A DNA stretch of 64,000 bases from Octopus sinensis. Lineage: Eukaryota. Below are positions 23,555 to 35,928 of this stretch, piece after piece. A program made the position numbers and the translations under genes. Within the stretch, counting starts at the first letter, position 1. Every line of letters begins with the position of its first letter. A model generated the notes under the pieces. It ran no database searches. It saw nothing but the letters and a program-made list of their open reading frames with translations, and was not told the origin of the DNA. Location of the stretch: the NCBI RefSeq assembly GCF_006345805.1, contig NC_042997.1:118358001-118422000 (forward strand), written 5' to 3'.

Positions 23555-23676
23555 AACTTATAAACAAGGTCAAAAGAAAACTTATTTCCATGCCAATGTT
23601 CTGATAACAGACTTTAAAGTCTGTTATCAGCATATTGGGATAGAAATAATTTTTCCTTTGCCCTTGTTTATAAGTT
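23555..23676. repeat. Zero-spacer palindrome (~61-bp arms)
   Basis: Perfect core CTGATAACAGACTTT|AAAGTCTGTTATCAG at 23601-23630; outer arms diverged. Confidence 0.85.
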
Positions 23677-24399
23677 ATATATATATGTATAAACATCTAT
23701 ACATGCACGAGCACACACACACGCGCACACACACACACACACACACACATACACACACACACACACACACGCACACTCACACACATATGTGTATGCATGT
23801 ATTCGTTGTGTATATGGGGTTTAAATCCTAGCTTTGTCCTCTTGGAGCACATCTGTTTATTCCAGTATTCTAAATTCGTATATTCGTATGCACATACAAG
23901 CTGAACATTCTGGAAATTATGCTTTGTAGTGTGACAATATATCAAAACAGGAGAATGGAAAATATCTTGGTATTATTGATTTGCCATCACATACGTTTCA
24001 TTTACTGATACGAGTTACAAGGTTATATAAGTAAGAGAAACCTGTAAAATACCTCCTATTAGAAATCTTGAGACAGAAAATCAAATGGTAACGGTATTAT
24101 TTGATTCTCTGTCTGAAAAATTTCCAATAGGAGATATCTTACATGTTTCTCCTACACGTACAACGTCGAATTCCCTATTAGCAAATGAAACATGTATACA
24201 TGTAAATAAATAATACCAACATCTATATATATGAAATTGTCAGTGCAACCGCACAAATTTTACGAGTAGAATCTAATATGCCGGTATTTTATGTTTATAA
24301 TTATATCCTTAAATATTGTATCAGGGTTTAACACTTCTTTTTCGTAGGTATATTGCTTTATTATGGAGAGCAATTTTGCATAGAATATGCTAGAGAGTC

Positions 24400-24537
24400 A
24401 AGACTATTGAAAATGTTGCAAGACGCAACGAAAATTTTAGGAAAATAAAAATAAGAAATAAATGGAAATTTTACCGGTGAGTGTGTTAAATTATAAGGCA
24501 CAAAAAGAAAATGACTTTCTCCAGACACAACAGAATA
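24400..24537 (+). mobile_element. Truncated copy of the MITE at 41896-42091 (interior plus right TIR)
   Basis: AAGACTATTGAAAATGTTGCAAGACGCAACG...CCAGACACAACAGAATA is near-identical to that element. Confidence 0.85.
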
Positions 24538-25315
24538 CTAGAGAAAATTGTAGTTCTGGGGAAGAAGGACTGGAGTTTCTACGTAGTATTTACTTTGCTA
24601 ACATCATCTGGTAAGGGTTACACAAAGAATGGAATTGACAGATGTTAGTCGATTATATATATGTTAGTCTGAAAAGAAATCGCTTCCTAACATTGGTATT
24701 GATGCTGTCTCAGAGTCTGAAAAGAGTTAATGATAAAATGTATTATGGATGATATACAGAGTTTTATTTGAATACAATTGGATTATTTCACCAATCAATG
24801 TGAATATTTTTCTAGTGCAGGATGAATTTGTACTTTATGTACGATCAGTGCCTGCATCGAACTGAAATATTTCGTAATTCTGTCATCACCTCGTCTTGTG
24901 GAAAAGTTATGGCAAACACAAAGCTTTGGTATTTTGAAGGAATATTATATATTATTATATTTGAAATGATATTCGATAAGGAACCGTCTCTGTATCTCAC
25001 ATCGACTAAAGTTGTTAATCAGTAAACAGTGAGACGCCGTTTGTATTTAATATCTTGAGATTTGAGTTTCATACTAATTATAATCTATAATTTATGCCTC
25101 CTAGCATTTATCGCTGTTGTATTATTGAATTTTTTTTTTTCTGTCTGGCTTTCATTTTAATATATCTATATTTACAGAATCACTACGCTATGATTTGACG
25201 TAAGAGAACACAGCACTAGTAAATATGAGCGCAGGATACTGACATGAATACACATTCACATATTCACATATGATAATATACATGTATATGATATATATAT
25301 ATATATATATATATA

Positions 25316-25346
<31 letters not shown>

Positions 25347-25387
25347 GATTATACATACATTATATTGTATATGCATATATGTATATA

Positions 25388-25452
<65 letters not shown>

Positions 25453-25542
25453 AATTTCAATTACAATAAATGAGGATAAAACTTACTTAAAAAATTTTAT
25501 GAGTGGCGAGCGTATAAAATGAAACCGATTAAGGTGAAAAAT

Positions 25543-25778
25543 TATATGTATAATTATAACAAAAGCTTAGAAAAGAAATTTTCTAGCCTATTTGCTGAGA
25601 AACAGACACTATATCGTTTCTCTATTCAAAGAAGTCAGAATTAGATGTGCTGAATTCATGTGTCAAATTCAGCACATATGTTTGTGACTTCTTTTAATAG
25701 TGAGACGATTTCGTGTCTATTTCTCAGCATATAGGCTAGAAAATTTATTTTCTAAGCCTTTATTATAATTATATATAT
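25543..25778. mobile_element. Foldback/MITE with ~113-bp arms and a 9-nt loop
   Basis: GCTTAGAAAAGAAATTTTCTAGCCTATTTGCTGAGAAA...GTGCTGAATT versus AATTCAGCAC...TTTCTCAGCATATAGGCTAGAAAATTTATTTTCTAAGC; TA-rich ends. Confidence 0.8.
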
Positions 25779-25924
25779 ATATATATATGTATTTTGTTAA
25801 ATTATTCAGCATTCAGCCACGGATGAGAACAATATTAGACTGTGGTTCGTGGAGCGAACATACTGTGGTCTTTGTTGGGCGGTGGACTGAACATGTGCAA
25901 GGATGACATATGTATGTGAATGTG

Positions 25925-26035
25925 CTGTTTTATTTCAAGATTTCATGCCAATTCATAAAGAGCCGGTTTCTAACCTAGATCCAAGTCTCCTTTATTGGAA
26001 TGTAAACATCAACAACAAGGTATTTTTGTACGTAT
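25925..26035 (-). mobile_element. 3' UTR remnant of the 19392-20385 subfamily
   Basis: TTATTTCAAGAT...GGTTTCTAACCTAG...CAACAACAAGGTATTTTTG aligns with 19390-19510. Confidence 0.7.
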
Positions 26036-26134
26036 GTATGTATTTATGTATATATGCATGCATGTATATATATATATATATATATATGTATGTAGACTGT
26101 GCAGCACCTCACGCTTTTAATAATAATAATAATG

Positions 26135-26184
<50 letters not shown>

Positions 26185-26215
26185 TATAATAATAATAATG
26201 ATGATAATAATAATG

Positions 26216-27715
26216 CTACAGAAGAGCTGAACTCTATGCTAAAAATAAAATAAAAGGGTTAACAGGCTAGCCATTCCAGTCATAAGTTACATTTTCAACT
26301 TAATAAACTGGAATGTTAGTGAATTGATAAACTTAAATAGAGAAAGCAGTAACTCCTATAAAATAACAACAGTCGAACTAGAAAAATATTTAGAAACAAA
26401 AAAGTGGAAGACTATCATGTGTATTAAAATAACACACGCAGACTCATAAAATGTAAACGCTTTCTCCTAAATGCAAGAAGGCGACGAAATACAAAACAAA
26501 AATGAACTACTCTGGAACACTGAGCTCTGAAGACAACACATAAGAAATGGTTAAGAAAACAAGAAACATCATGGAAGCAAAACTGCAAAACACAGTAAAT
26601 AAGAAATGAAGAGAAAAATACCTCCATGGCGAATCCCCTGTATGACTTGAAAGAAAAGAAAAGTGAGCCTAAGTTATGACCAACGGTTCTGGACTAAAAG
26701 CAGAAACGGAAGCATTAATTCCCGCCGCACAAGACCAATGCCTGGCCACAAACAACTATAAAAGCAAAGCAATGAAAACAGGCCCTAGCACCAAGTGCAG
26801 AATGAGCAACCAAACAATGAGACAGCTTACCAATACAATGAGACACAATCTCTAGTTATCCTGCCCTTTGCCAATTCTGAATATATACGCAGATATGACC
26901 GAGTAAGTAGTTATATTCACTGAAAAATATGCCAACGCTGTAACATGAAAACTAACAAGAAATAGTACAAACATGTGACAAACGAGGTACATGACAACGA
27001 CCAGGCCACAAATATCTGGGATATGCCTGTTCCAATTGACAAAGAAATAAAAAGCTAATTTCCCTGACATAATAATCAAGGATTGGAGAAAAAAAAACAA
27101 CATCTTACTGAAATACACTGTAGTCTCTTCTGAGTAAAATATTTCCTAAAGAGAAGTGGGGAAATTATCAAAGTACAAGGACCTCAAAATTGAAGTATTC
27201 AGGAAGTGGGGCATTTAAGATTGGAGCATTTGGGAAAGGAATCTTGCGATCAAAATCGTAGAAGCTCTACCAGGACCATCAGCACTACACATTATCGAAA
27301 TACAGCCTTACTAGGAAGAGCCGATCTCCTCTGTGAGACACTATCAGATCAACAGTACATCTTATAATAAAACAATCCACAAACACAAGACACACTTCGT
27401 ACAGTAAATATCCGATAAAATAGATACTCCTCACAGCATGCACTCTACAAGTCAGATACCTAACAGAACACAACGCACATTACTCACACAACAAACAGCA
27501 CACAATGCAAACAATAATACGGTAATACAATGCAACCAAGCACCATAGCAAAACAAACTGACGTGATACAATACCGGAAAGAGTTTGCATTCTTTCCTCT
27601 CGCCCCCCACCCCAACAAAAAAACGAACGCACAATACTGAATAGACCTCGGCAGCACGGACGTTTAGGCGGTGATGCTGTAGAAATTTGTCTGAAGGAAT
27701 CAAATGTTGAATAGT
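26216..27715 (+). mobile_element. Decayed R4/Dong-like 3' half (CCHC knuckle, endonuclease, 3' UTR)
   Basis: KYLHG, SGLKAETEALIPAAQDQCL, KCRM, IWDMPVPIDKEIKANFPDIIIKD, KLSKYKDLKIE. Starts immediately after (AAT)n at 26118-26215 and ends in (GAT)n. Confidence 0.88.
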
Positions 27716-27866
27716 AATGATGATGATGATGATGATTCTAATAATAACAATAATGATATATAGATAATCTATCTATCTCCTGCTCCTTCTCTTTCTCTTT
27801 CTCTCACTCACTCTCCCTCTCTCTCTATATATATATTTATATATATATACATATATACATAAATGT

Positions 27867-28167
27867 GGAGGCGCAATCGACCAGTGGTTAGGGCAGCGGA
27901 CTCGCGGTCGTAGGATCGTGGTTTCGATTCCCAGACCGGGCGTTGTGAGTGTTTATTGAGCGAAAACACCTAAAAGCTCTACGAGGCTCCGGCAATGATG
28001 GTGATCCCTGCTGTACTCTTTCACCACTCTTTCTCTCACTCTTTCTTCTGTTGGCCTGCTCGCTTAGCCAGCGGGGTGGCGTCATCCGAAGGCTAAAACA
28101 ATGCGAACGCATTGTGACCAGCGATGTGTAGCAACATCTGATGGTCTGGTCGGTCACGTGACGTGAT
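27867..28167 (+). mobile_element. SINE with family B head and a distinct 3' half
   Basis: B head and body, then TTGGCCTGCTCGCTTAGCCAGCGGGG...GGTCACGTGA; 12-bp TSD ATATACATAAAT at 27853-27864 and 28168-28179. Confidence 0.88.
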
Positions 28168-28206
28168 ATATACATAAATATATATATTTGTATACATGCA
28201 TATGTA

Positions 28207-29200
28207 ATGCATCAATCTGCGTGTGGTGCTGTTTGTAACCACACTAAAATTATTGTTGGGGGAAAGTTCCTTGGGGTTGTCGATTCATTCGTCTACCTTA
28301 TAAGCTCTGTTCAAAATGATGGAAATCTTGATACAGAAATACAGCTGCGAATTCAGAGGGCAGCAAAAGCATTTGGCAGCTTGGAGTCACGCGTTTGGTG
28401 CCAGTGACATATAAATAAGAATACAAAGCGGGCTCTTTAAAAAACATTTGCCATACCAACCCAGTTGTATTCTTGTGAAACTTGGACTTGTTATGAAAGG
28501 AATTTTAAATTGTTAGAACAATTTCACCAACAATGTCTTCATCGCATTTTAAAAATTAAATGGAGTTCTTTTACTCAGACACAGATGTCCTTGCATCTGC
28601 AGGCACCACCTCAATTAAAGTTATGATTTTGAGGAACCAACTGAGATGGTGTGGCCATATTCTTCGAATGGCAGATGAACGCATGCCGATCAGCTGTTTT
28701 ATGGTGATCTTGCAGAGGGGAAATGCTATCGGCGTAAGCCTAAAAAAGGTTTAAGAACGGCATAAGGACTACTATGAAGTCACCTGGAATGGTTCCAGAA
28801 GATATAGAAACCCTTGCTTCGGATAGAGTCGGATGGCGAACACAGGTGTGGAGTGGAGTGAAAGCATTTGAAGAGGCCAGGATAACGCAAGTAAGACTCA
28901 AAAGATATCTAAGGAAGAATGTAACGATCAAGAAGGTGAATGACAATGACCTTTTTGCGTGCACAGCCTGTGATAGACCATGCCTGTCTTTTGCTGGCCT
29001 CAAATCGCATTGGCGAACGCATGGAAAACGAACCTCCACCAACTATTCTGGCTATATGTCTGTGCACACCTTTGAATGCAGTGTATGGCAGAGGTTTTGC
29101 AAATCCGACGGAGACCTCAAAAGACATTTTAAGATCCACGAAGAGCAGAACTTATCTGCAGCTCTTGGCGGTTCAAATCGGAAGTAAAATCTATGTAGGT
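28207..29200 (+). mobile_element. RTE-clade LINE 3' fragment with two C-terminal C2H2-like fingers
   Basis: FVYLISS...RIQRAAKAFGSLESRVW, LYSCETWTCY, QLRWCGHILRMADERMP, ETLASDRVGWR, CTACDRPCLSFAGLKSHWRTH, CSVWQRFCKSDGDLKRHFKIH; frameshifts present. Confidence 0.92.
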
Positions 29201-29325
29201 GTCTTTTCAGAACATTTTCTGGTTTAAAAAGAAAGCCACATCAAATGCCTTGATTGTGCTAAGGCATAGGTGCAGGAGGTGGTCAAACTCTGCATAAGGA
29301 GTAGACAACCACCACACACACACAC

Positions 29326-29558
29326 ATATTTATATATTTATATTGAGGGCATTACTATACATGAATGCCACACGCTAAGAGGGACTCTTAAAGTCAAATC
29401 TACCAAAATAAATAAAAAGTTTGTATCGAATACGAGGGAATGCAACTCTCTTATTCGATACAATGTGTTTATTTATTTTGGTAGTTTTGACTTTAAGAGC
29501 CCCTCCTAGCGTGAGGTATTTATGTATAGTAATGCCCTCAATATAAATACATAAATAT
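29326..29558. mobile_element. Foldback/MITE-like near-complete palindrome (~230 bp)
   Basis: TATATTGAGGGCATTACTATACAT... versus ...ATGTATAGTAATGCCCTCAATATA; arms meet at a ~5-nt loop near 29442. Confidence 0.85.
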
Positions 29559-29648
29559 ATTTTAAGAAGAAAAATTGATGGATTTTCCCTAATGAGGTTT
29601 TTCACGCCAACTACTTGATAATTTCTTATAAAGATTTTATTCTATTTT

Positions 29649-29691
<43 letters not shown>

Positions 29692-31207
29692 TATACAGTG
29701 GTGTGCTTTTGCGCGGCTTCCCTGCACCCCGTTATAATACTACAGCACAACAATAAACACTTGTTCAACCGGAGCAGTTAGGGATTGAAACAGGTTTGCA
29801 GTGTCAACCTGTTCGCCGCTTGTTTTTCACTTGTAGATGTCACATGATATGTGTATAAGAAGATTCATTAATTTCCAATAATGACAATGTCAATTACAAT
29901 TATATTCAATTCCATTTTCACGTGTTATTATTGGTTTCGTATAAAAACGTTTTAGATGATTTCCCAGGTCTCTTTCTGCAATGTATCCATTGGTTTCTCG
30001 GTTACTAGGCGGAATTAATTTTTCTTGAAAGCGGTGTGAATAGTGATACTGTGAGAGCTGTGAAAAGTTTTATTTCTTTCTTTTTTATGAACGTTACATA
30101 CGTTGTTTGACATTTGGAACATTGTTAAAGTGTGTAATGTTGGCTACATTAATACCATTAACTGAATATTTTATATTTCTTTTTGTTTTATCGGGAACAT
30201 TAGAATGATAGGAACAATAGTGAACCACTGAAATAAAGTCGTCTGAAGTCCTGCAATGCGAAGAAATTGGTGATGGTTTCCGTCGGCCAAGGGGAGTCAA
30301 TTAAATTTCACATATAACACTACAGGAGATTTGTTAGTTTGCTATGATGAAGATAGTGTTTCATTGTAGAGAAATTAGCATGATCGCGAGGTCCAATAAA
30401 AAGCGAGAGAACATTTTAATATTTAATCTTTTCCTAAATTTCTCTCAGCGAATTGCTGCAGAGCTTCTATTAAAATACATCAATCTAATAAACAAATGCA
30501 ATTTATCTCTAGAAGTGTGAACCTTCCTTTTAGTATACTTACGTTTTAGATTAAACCATTAGGTGAGTAAAGAGCGATATATTGATTAATGAATGACACG
30601 TCTATTAGTCTGTCTGCGTTTTGTTAGATTTGTCTGGATTCATTTAGCTGTATATATGTCCAGTTATCTAAATTATGTATCTTGCACTCATGTGTGTGTC
30701 TATAAACGTTTATTTATATATATATATATATGTGTGTGTATGCATACATACATATATATGTGCGTTTATTATGTCGATGTGTGAATATATATGCTTATAT
30801 GCGTAAATCTTTGAGAGTAGCTTCTCACCTTCAAACCGTATTACATTATTTACAAACATGGTTCTCAATGCAGTCAACTCTCTGTGTGTTTAAGTGCTGT
30901 CCAAAATAAACACACTTCATTTTAAAGATTTCAAGGAAGATAAACGATGTTGCAATGGCAATCAGCATTGTTTCTTATAACGTAAACAATTGTTAGCTAA
31001 TAAAGGTGATTACGTGTCTCGTGTACTTTTGTTATGAATGCTCGAAATGAGTAGCAGATAGACAGCCGATAACTGAAGAAGGGTCGTTCTTCTTGTTACT
31101 TGTCATGTGATTTCTATTTTTACTCTTGTTGTCTGCGTGCTTTACTCGTTTATCATCTTACTCCATGTTGTTTACATAGTTGGTGACGTCCTGTACCCGT
31201 ATATACA

Positions 31208-31252
<45 letters not shown>

Positions 31253-31269
31253 GTATATATATATAGATA

Positions 31270-31312
<43 letters not shown>

Positions 31313-31314
<2 letters not shown>

Positions 31315-31579
31315 ACTGAGTGACCACATAGACTCATGCGCTAAAAACTTAAACCCCAAATTCTATATATTCCCCTTCTACCAATGTAAAGACGGGGTCA
31401 CCACACAGGAGAGAATTAACAAGGAGAATCTCTTCATTGAAAAATTCCAAACACAACTTAATATACAAACTCCTCGTGATCAAACTTCCCTTTTCTACTC
31501 ATTCTTCATGGATGGACTCACACAAATATATAAGGATACCATAGATTCATCACTTCAAGCTAAAACTTATATTCTTTAA
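31313..31579 (+). mobile_element. Penelope-like GIY-YIG C-terminal fragment, 5'-truncated at (TA)n
   Basis: PLSDHIDSCAKNLNPKFYIFPFYQCKDGVTTQERINKENLFIEKFQTQLN fits PLE endonuclease ends (H..C...F.FPFY...R..KE..FI.KF...LN); frame open to TAA at 31577-31579. Confidence 0.78.
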
Positions 31580-32291
31580 ATATCATTTTTACTATTGTTG
31601 TTATTACCATCATTTTTATTATATATGACATAACAATCTGAAATGTAATTATAAATTGGTCTATGCAAATTTATATAATTAGAAAATAATATAAATAAAG
31701 TGTTAAAATCTGAAAGTTAAGTTAACAAACAATTATATAAAAAAGATAATACAAATGAAGCTAAAATCATAATTTTATAATTTGGGGTTTATTAGCAGCC
31801 TTTATTACAGGGGATTTTGTGAAACAAAAATTAAAGAACTCAAAAGAGTTGTCTCCCCTTATTCACAACACAGGAACTGAAGAACCACAATTATTACTAC
31901 TTCCTGTTTTTGCCAACATCCTTAATTAAACCAAACAACACATGGTCTTAATCCCATCGGATCCTAATACCTCAAGGTAACTTTTTCGTGAACAATCATT
32001 AAACTCAAGATACACAACGAACTCACAATGTATTATTTATTATTATTCTTTTGCAAAAAACAATGCAACTTTCTTTTTTCCCCTTTCTCATTTTTAAAAA
32101 AACTTTTGTTACATAACTATTCTTGATAAGTCACACTATGACGAAAACCGGTTTGAATAAATATATATTTATATATTTTTTCAATTTCTCATTTCATTAA
32201 AATTTTCTTTCAATCTAGCATTCTGCATTTTTACAATTTTTCCTTGCTTATCATTTCTCCACGTGCGGTCAACACAACCCCACCATTTATT

Positions 32292-32329
<38 letters not shown>

Positions 32330-32338
32330 TTCTCTCTT

Positions 32339-32404
<66 letters not shown>

Positions 32405-32675
32405 GTAAGTTCAGCAAAATTTAGATTCAGATGATTATGGTACTTTAGTTAAAGGTACCAGAATTTAGTATGGTATTATCCATATAAATCAAATAGGGTG
32501 ATTATAATCGACATTTTAAAAGCTGATGTAATAGAGTGTTCAATAAAATGAAGTAGCATAAAGCAAATGTACTACACTACCTTGGATATCCTTGTTGCTT
32601 ATTTTGATTATATATATAATATATATATAATATATATATATATATATGTGGTGTGTTGTGTGTGTGTGTGTGTGT

Positions 32676-32922
32676 GGAGGCGTGTGGCGTAGTGGGTAGG
32701 GTGTCAGCACCATGATCGTAAGATTGTGGTTTCGATTCCTAGACCGGGCGAGGCGTTATGTTCTTGAGCAAAAAACTTCATTTCACGTTGCTCCAGTCCA
32801 CTCAGCTGGCGAAAATGAGTAACGCTGCGATGGACTGGCGTCCTGTCCAGCTGGGGAACACATACACCATAAAATCCCGGAAACCAGTCCCATGAGCCTG
32901 GCTAGGCTTTAAAAGGGCGCAT
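32676..32922 (+). mobile_element. SINE family B variant
   Basis: Highly similar to 19059-19305. Confidence 0.88.
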
Positions 32923-32923
32923 C

Positions 32924-32969
<46 letters not shown>

Positions 32970-32973
<4 letters not shown>

Positions 32974-33180
32974 GTGACAGAAGGTTTGAAAATGCAATTT
33001 TAAAAGATGTTTATTCACTTGACCGGTTTCACCTTTTTAGAAAAAGGTTGTCAAAAGTAACATGTAAAAGGTTTCAACAAAGCTTTATATTTTACTTTTG
33101 ACAATCTTTTTCTAAAAAGGTGAAACCGGCCAAGTGAATAAACATCTTTTAAAACTGCATTTTCAAACCTTCTTTCATAT
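32970..33180. mobile_element. MITE with ~90-bp TIRs in (TA)n
   Basis: 32970-33060 versus 33092-33180, a few mismatches. Confidence 0.88.
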
Positions 33181-33345
33181 ATAATACCACTCGTGCGGTT
33201 ATCTTACAACTTCACTTTGTTATATATATATATAATATATATATATATACATAAATTACATAATACATACACACACACCACTCACACACACACACACACA
33301 ACACCACACAAACACACACACACACACACACCACACACACACACA

Positions 33346-33403
<58 letters not shown>

Positions 33404-34004
33404 AATATATCCGCACCGTATTGGCCCGATCGTTAGAACAAGGGTCGACCACTTTATTCCCGATCTCTCTTCTCTTGCCCAAATATTCCAGCATCTAATT
33501 TACTTTTATGTTTCTGTGGATGAATAAAATAAATTATCAAACCAAAATTTAGATTAGTGGAATTGTCAGAGCATCATAAATATCCACGTGCATTTTTTCT
33601 AGTTCTTATTGTTTAGAATTCTTTCGAAGGATGATTTCATTCGTCCAGTTGTTTGACAACAGCACTTGGTAACTGAGTGGATTTCGCGGAGACCAGTAGG
33701 CATTCGGAGTTAATTCTACACTTCACTCTCAGCAAGCCTGTTAAAGGATTAAATGTACTGCTCTTCTCTATCTGTGTGTGAGTATAAAAATATATATAAA
33801 TATACGTATGTGTTTGTGTGTGTATATATATGCATATCTACATCTGTATTGAGATGTAATGTTTATCGCCACTTCAGCATGGCTGTTCCGTAGAAACCGG
33901 CGTTACTACCCGTTTAACCCCTGGAAGATGCCTCCTCCAGCTGGTTTTTCAATGCAATCCGCACACGATATATATTGCAAGTATACTCTAGCGGGCGAAT
34001 CTCC

Positions 34005-34052
34005 ACCACCAAGAATGATCAGAAAGAGGTCGAAACCGTACGGTCTGGTGGT
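34005..34052 (+). ncRNA. Hammerhead remnant lacking the CUGA turn
   Basis: ACCACCA/TGGTGGT stem I, GATC/GGTC stem II, GAAA, palindromic ACCGTACGGT stem III, GUC site. Confidence 0.55.
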
Positions 34053-34424
34053 CTCGTGGATGGAAGATGGTAAGGATTCACTCCTGCTTGCAATGTATAT
34101 GGAGCGCAGATTGCATCGAATAATCACTTGGAAGAGACGTCTTCCTGGGTTTAAAATTATTTCTCAGTATAGTTACTGCTTTCATCACTTATTGAGATTT
34201 TCTAAGAAGCCAATTTGCTTCCATCTATCTAGAATTATATAGAACTGCCAGGATGTTTTCGACTCCATCCACGTAATATATGATGATGATGTTGACAATT
34301 ATGGTCTCTCTCTTATTCCGAGGTTGACGGTTCTGCAGTTTCTTGCTGAATGGCCGGCACAAATAATTTGTTTATAGTGATGAAATGTATGTGCTGAAAT
34401 GTATATGAAATGTATATTAGCTCA

Positions 34425-34652
34425 CGGCGAACTGGCAGAAACGTTAGCACATCGGACGAAATGCGTAGCCGTATTTCGTCTGCCGTTACGCTCTGAGTTC
34501 AAATTCCGCCCAGATCGACTTTGCCTTTCATCCTTTCGGGGTCGATTAAATAAGTACCAGTTACGCACTGGGGTCGATATAATCGACTTAATCCGTTTGT
34601 CTGTCCTTGTTTGTCCCCTCTCTGTTTAGCCCCTTGTGGGTAGTAAAGAAAT
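34425..34652 (+). mobile_element. SINE family C, full length
   Basis: Matches the other C copies; TSD-like TATTAGCTCA on both sides. Confidence 0.9.
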
Positions 34653-35389
34653 AGTGTATTAGCTCATGTCCTCCATAATATCGATATTGACTGAACAGGA
34701 GCACGGTGTGCCACGCAGCAGGCGTCGAAGTGGTCGTAGATGAACGTTAGGTGAAGTATTTTGCTCGAGATTACTACACACCACTCAGTCTAAGAATTGA
34801 AACCACGATCATAACAAGCCAAAGAAAAAAGTATGAAGATAAGATGTCAGATGCGTTTGTTTATATTAATTAAGGTGAGATCGAACCAGGAAATTATTGA
34901 ATATCAAGAATCAATAAGAGTAATTTGCAGGGATTGTTGCATGTTAATTCGTTTAGAATAGGGCGTAGTTAGGTTGAAATGTTAACTGGTAGGTAGGGAA
35001 AGGTAAAGAGAAAATGAAGTTGTGTGGGAGTAAGTGAATGAATGAGTAGGTAAGAGGAGGGGGTCAAAGGAAATGAATGAACATGATAGATACTTATTGG
35101 CATATGAGTAAAAGGGATGGCAGGGAAGACGGAAATGCATTGATGTGCAAAATCGTTATATTTATAACTTCGGCGAGGCAGGCTGTAATGGTCAGCATTA
35201 TAAAATGTGATAGGCAGCAGATACGTATATATAAGGGAAAAATAAAAAAAGATAGAGATAGAGATAGTAATAGAGAGAAAGATATAGAGATAGAAAGAGA
35301 GGGGAGAGGGAGAGAGAGTAACAAACACATGAAAAGAGAGGAAATGAGTTACAAAGATTGTAAAGAAATAGAAAGGTAGTTAAATAGAT

Positions 35390-35720
35390 AAATTGATTAT
35401 AATATGTGGTGAACTAGCAGTTGGCTCTCGGTCATGTAGTGGATCAAAGAGGCGATACAAAGACTCTGAAGATGACCTTGAGAGAGTGAAAGAGTGCAAT
35501 GCAGAACAGTCTACTTGGGAACATATTGATCAAGATGGCTCACTATGGAGTAGTGCTTTGTACTCTGCAGTAAGCCTCACAGAATCAGACATAACCAGAG
35601 AAAATAAATGGAAGAGGACTTCACGGAAAGGAAGAGTTCGAACGAGTCCTGATTCTTATATTCCTTGACCCCACTGTAACTGAAGATTTTATGCCAATAC
35701 TGGCATCGAAAGCCACTTGA
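35390..35720 (+). mobile_element. Decayed RTE-clade 3' fragment
   Basis: IICGELAVGSRSCSGSKRRYKD...WEHIDQDGSLW...KRTSRK; terminal hairpin ATGCCA-ATAC-TGGCAT. Confidence 0.75.
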
Positions 35721-35814
35721 GGACTCACAAAGAGTAAAGCTGCCCATCTAGTTATCTTCAGAAACATGAAGGGTGGATTTTAGTTCGTTTTAAATTCATG
35801 CATACACGCATATA

Positions 35815-35928
35815 ATAGTATCAAATTTTGGCACAAGGCCAGCAACGTATCTGGTATTCATTTGGTACTTCTTTTATCGACCCCAAAAGGATGAAAGGTA
35901 AAGTCAACCTCGGTGGAATTTGAACATG
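35815..35928 (-). mobile_element. SINE family C fragment
   Basis: TTATCGACCCCAAAAGGATGAAAGGTAAAGTCAACCTCGGTGGAATTTGAAC. Confidence 0.7.

Noticed and set aside
35680-35720. CTGAAGA...ATGCCA/TGGCAT...GAAA
   Set aside because: No stem I; better explained as the RTE 3'-terminal stem-loop.
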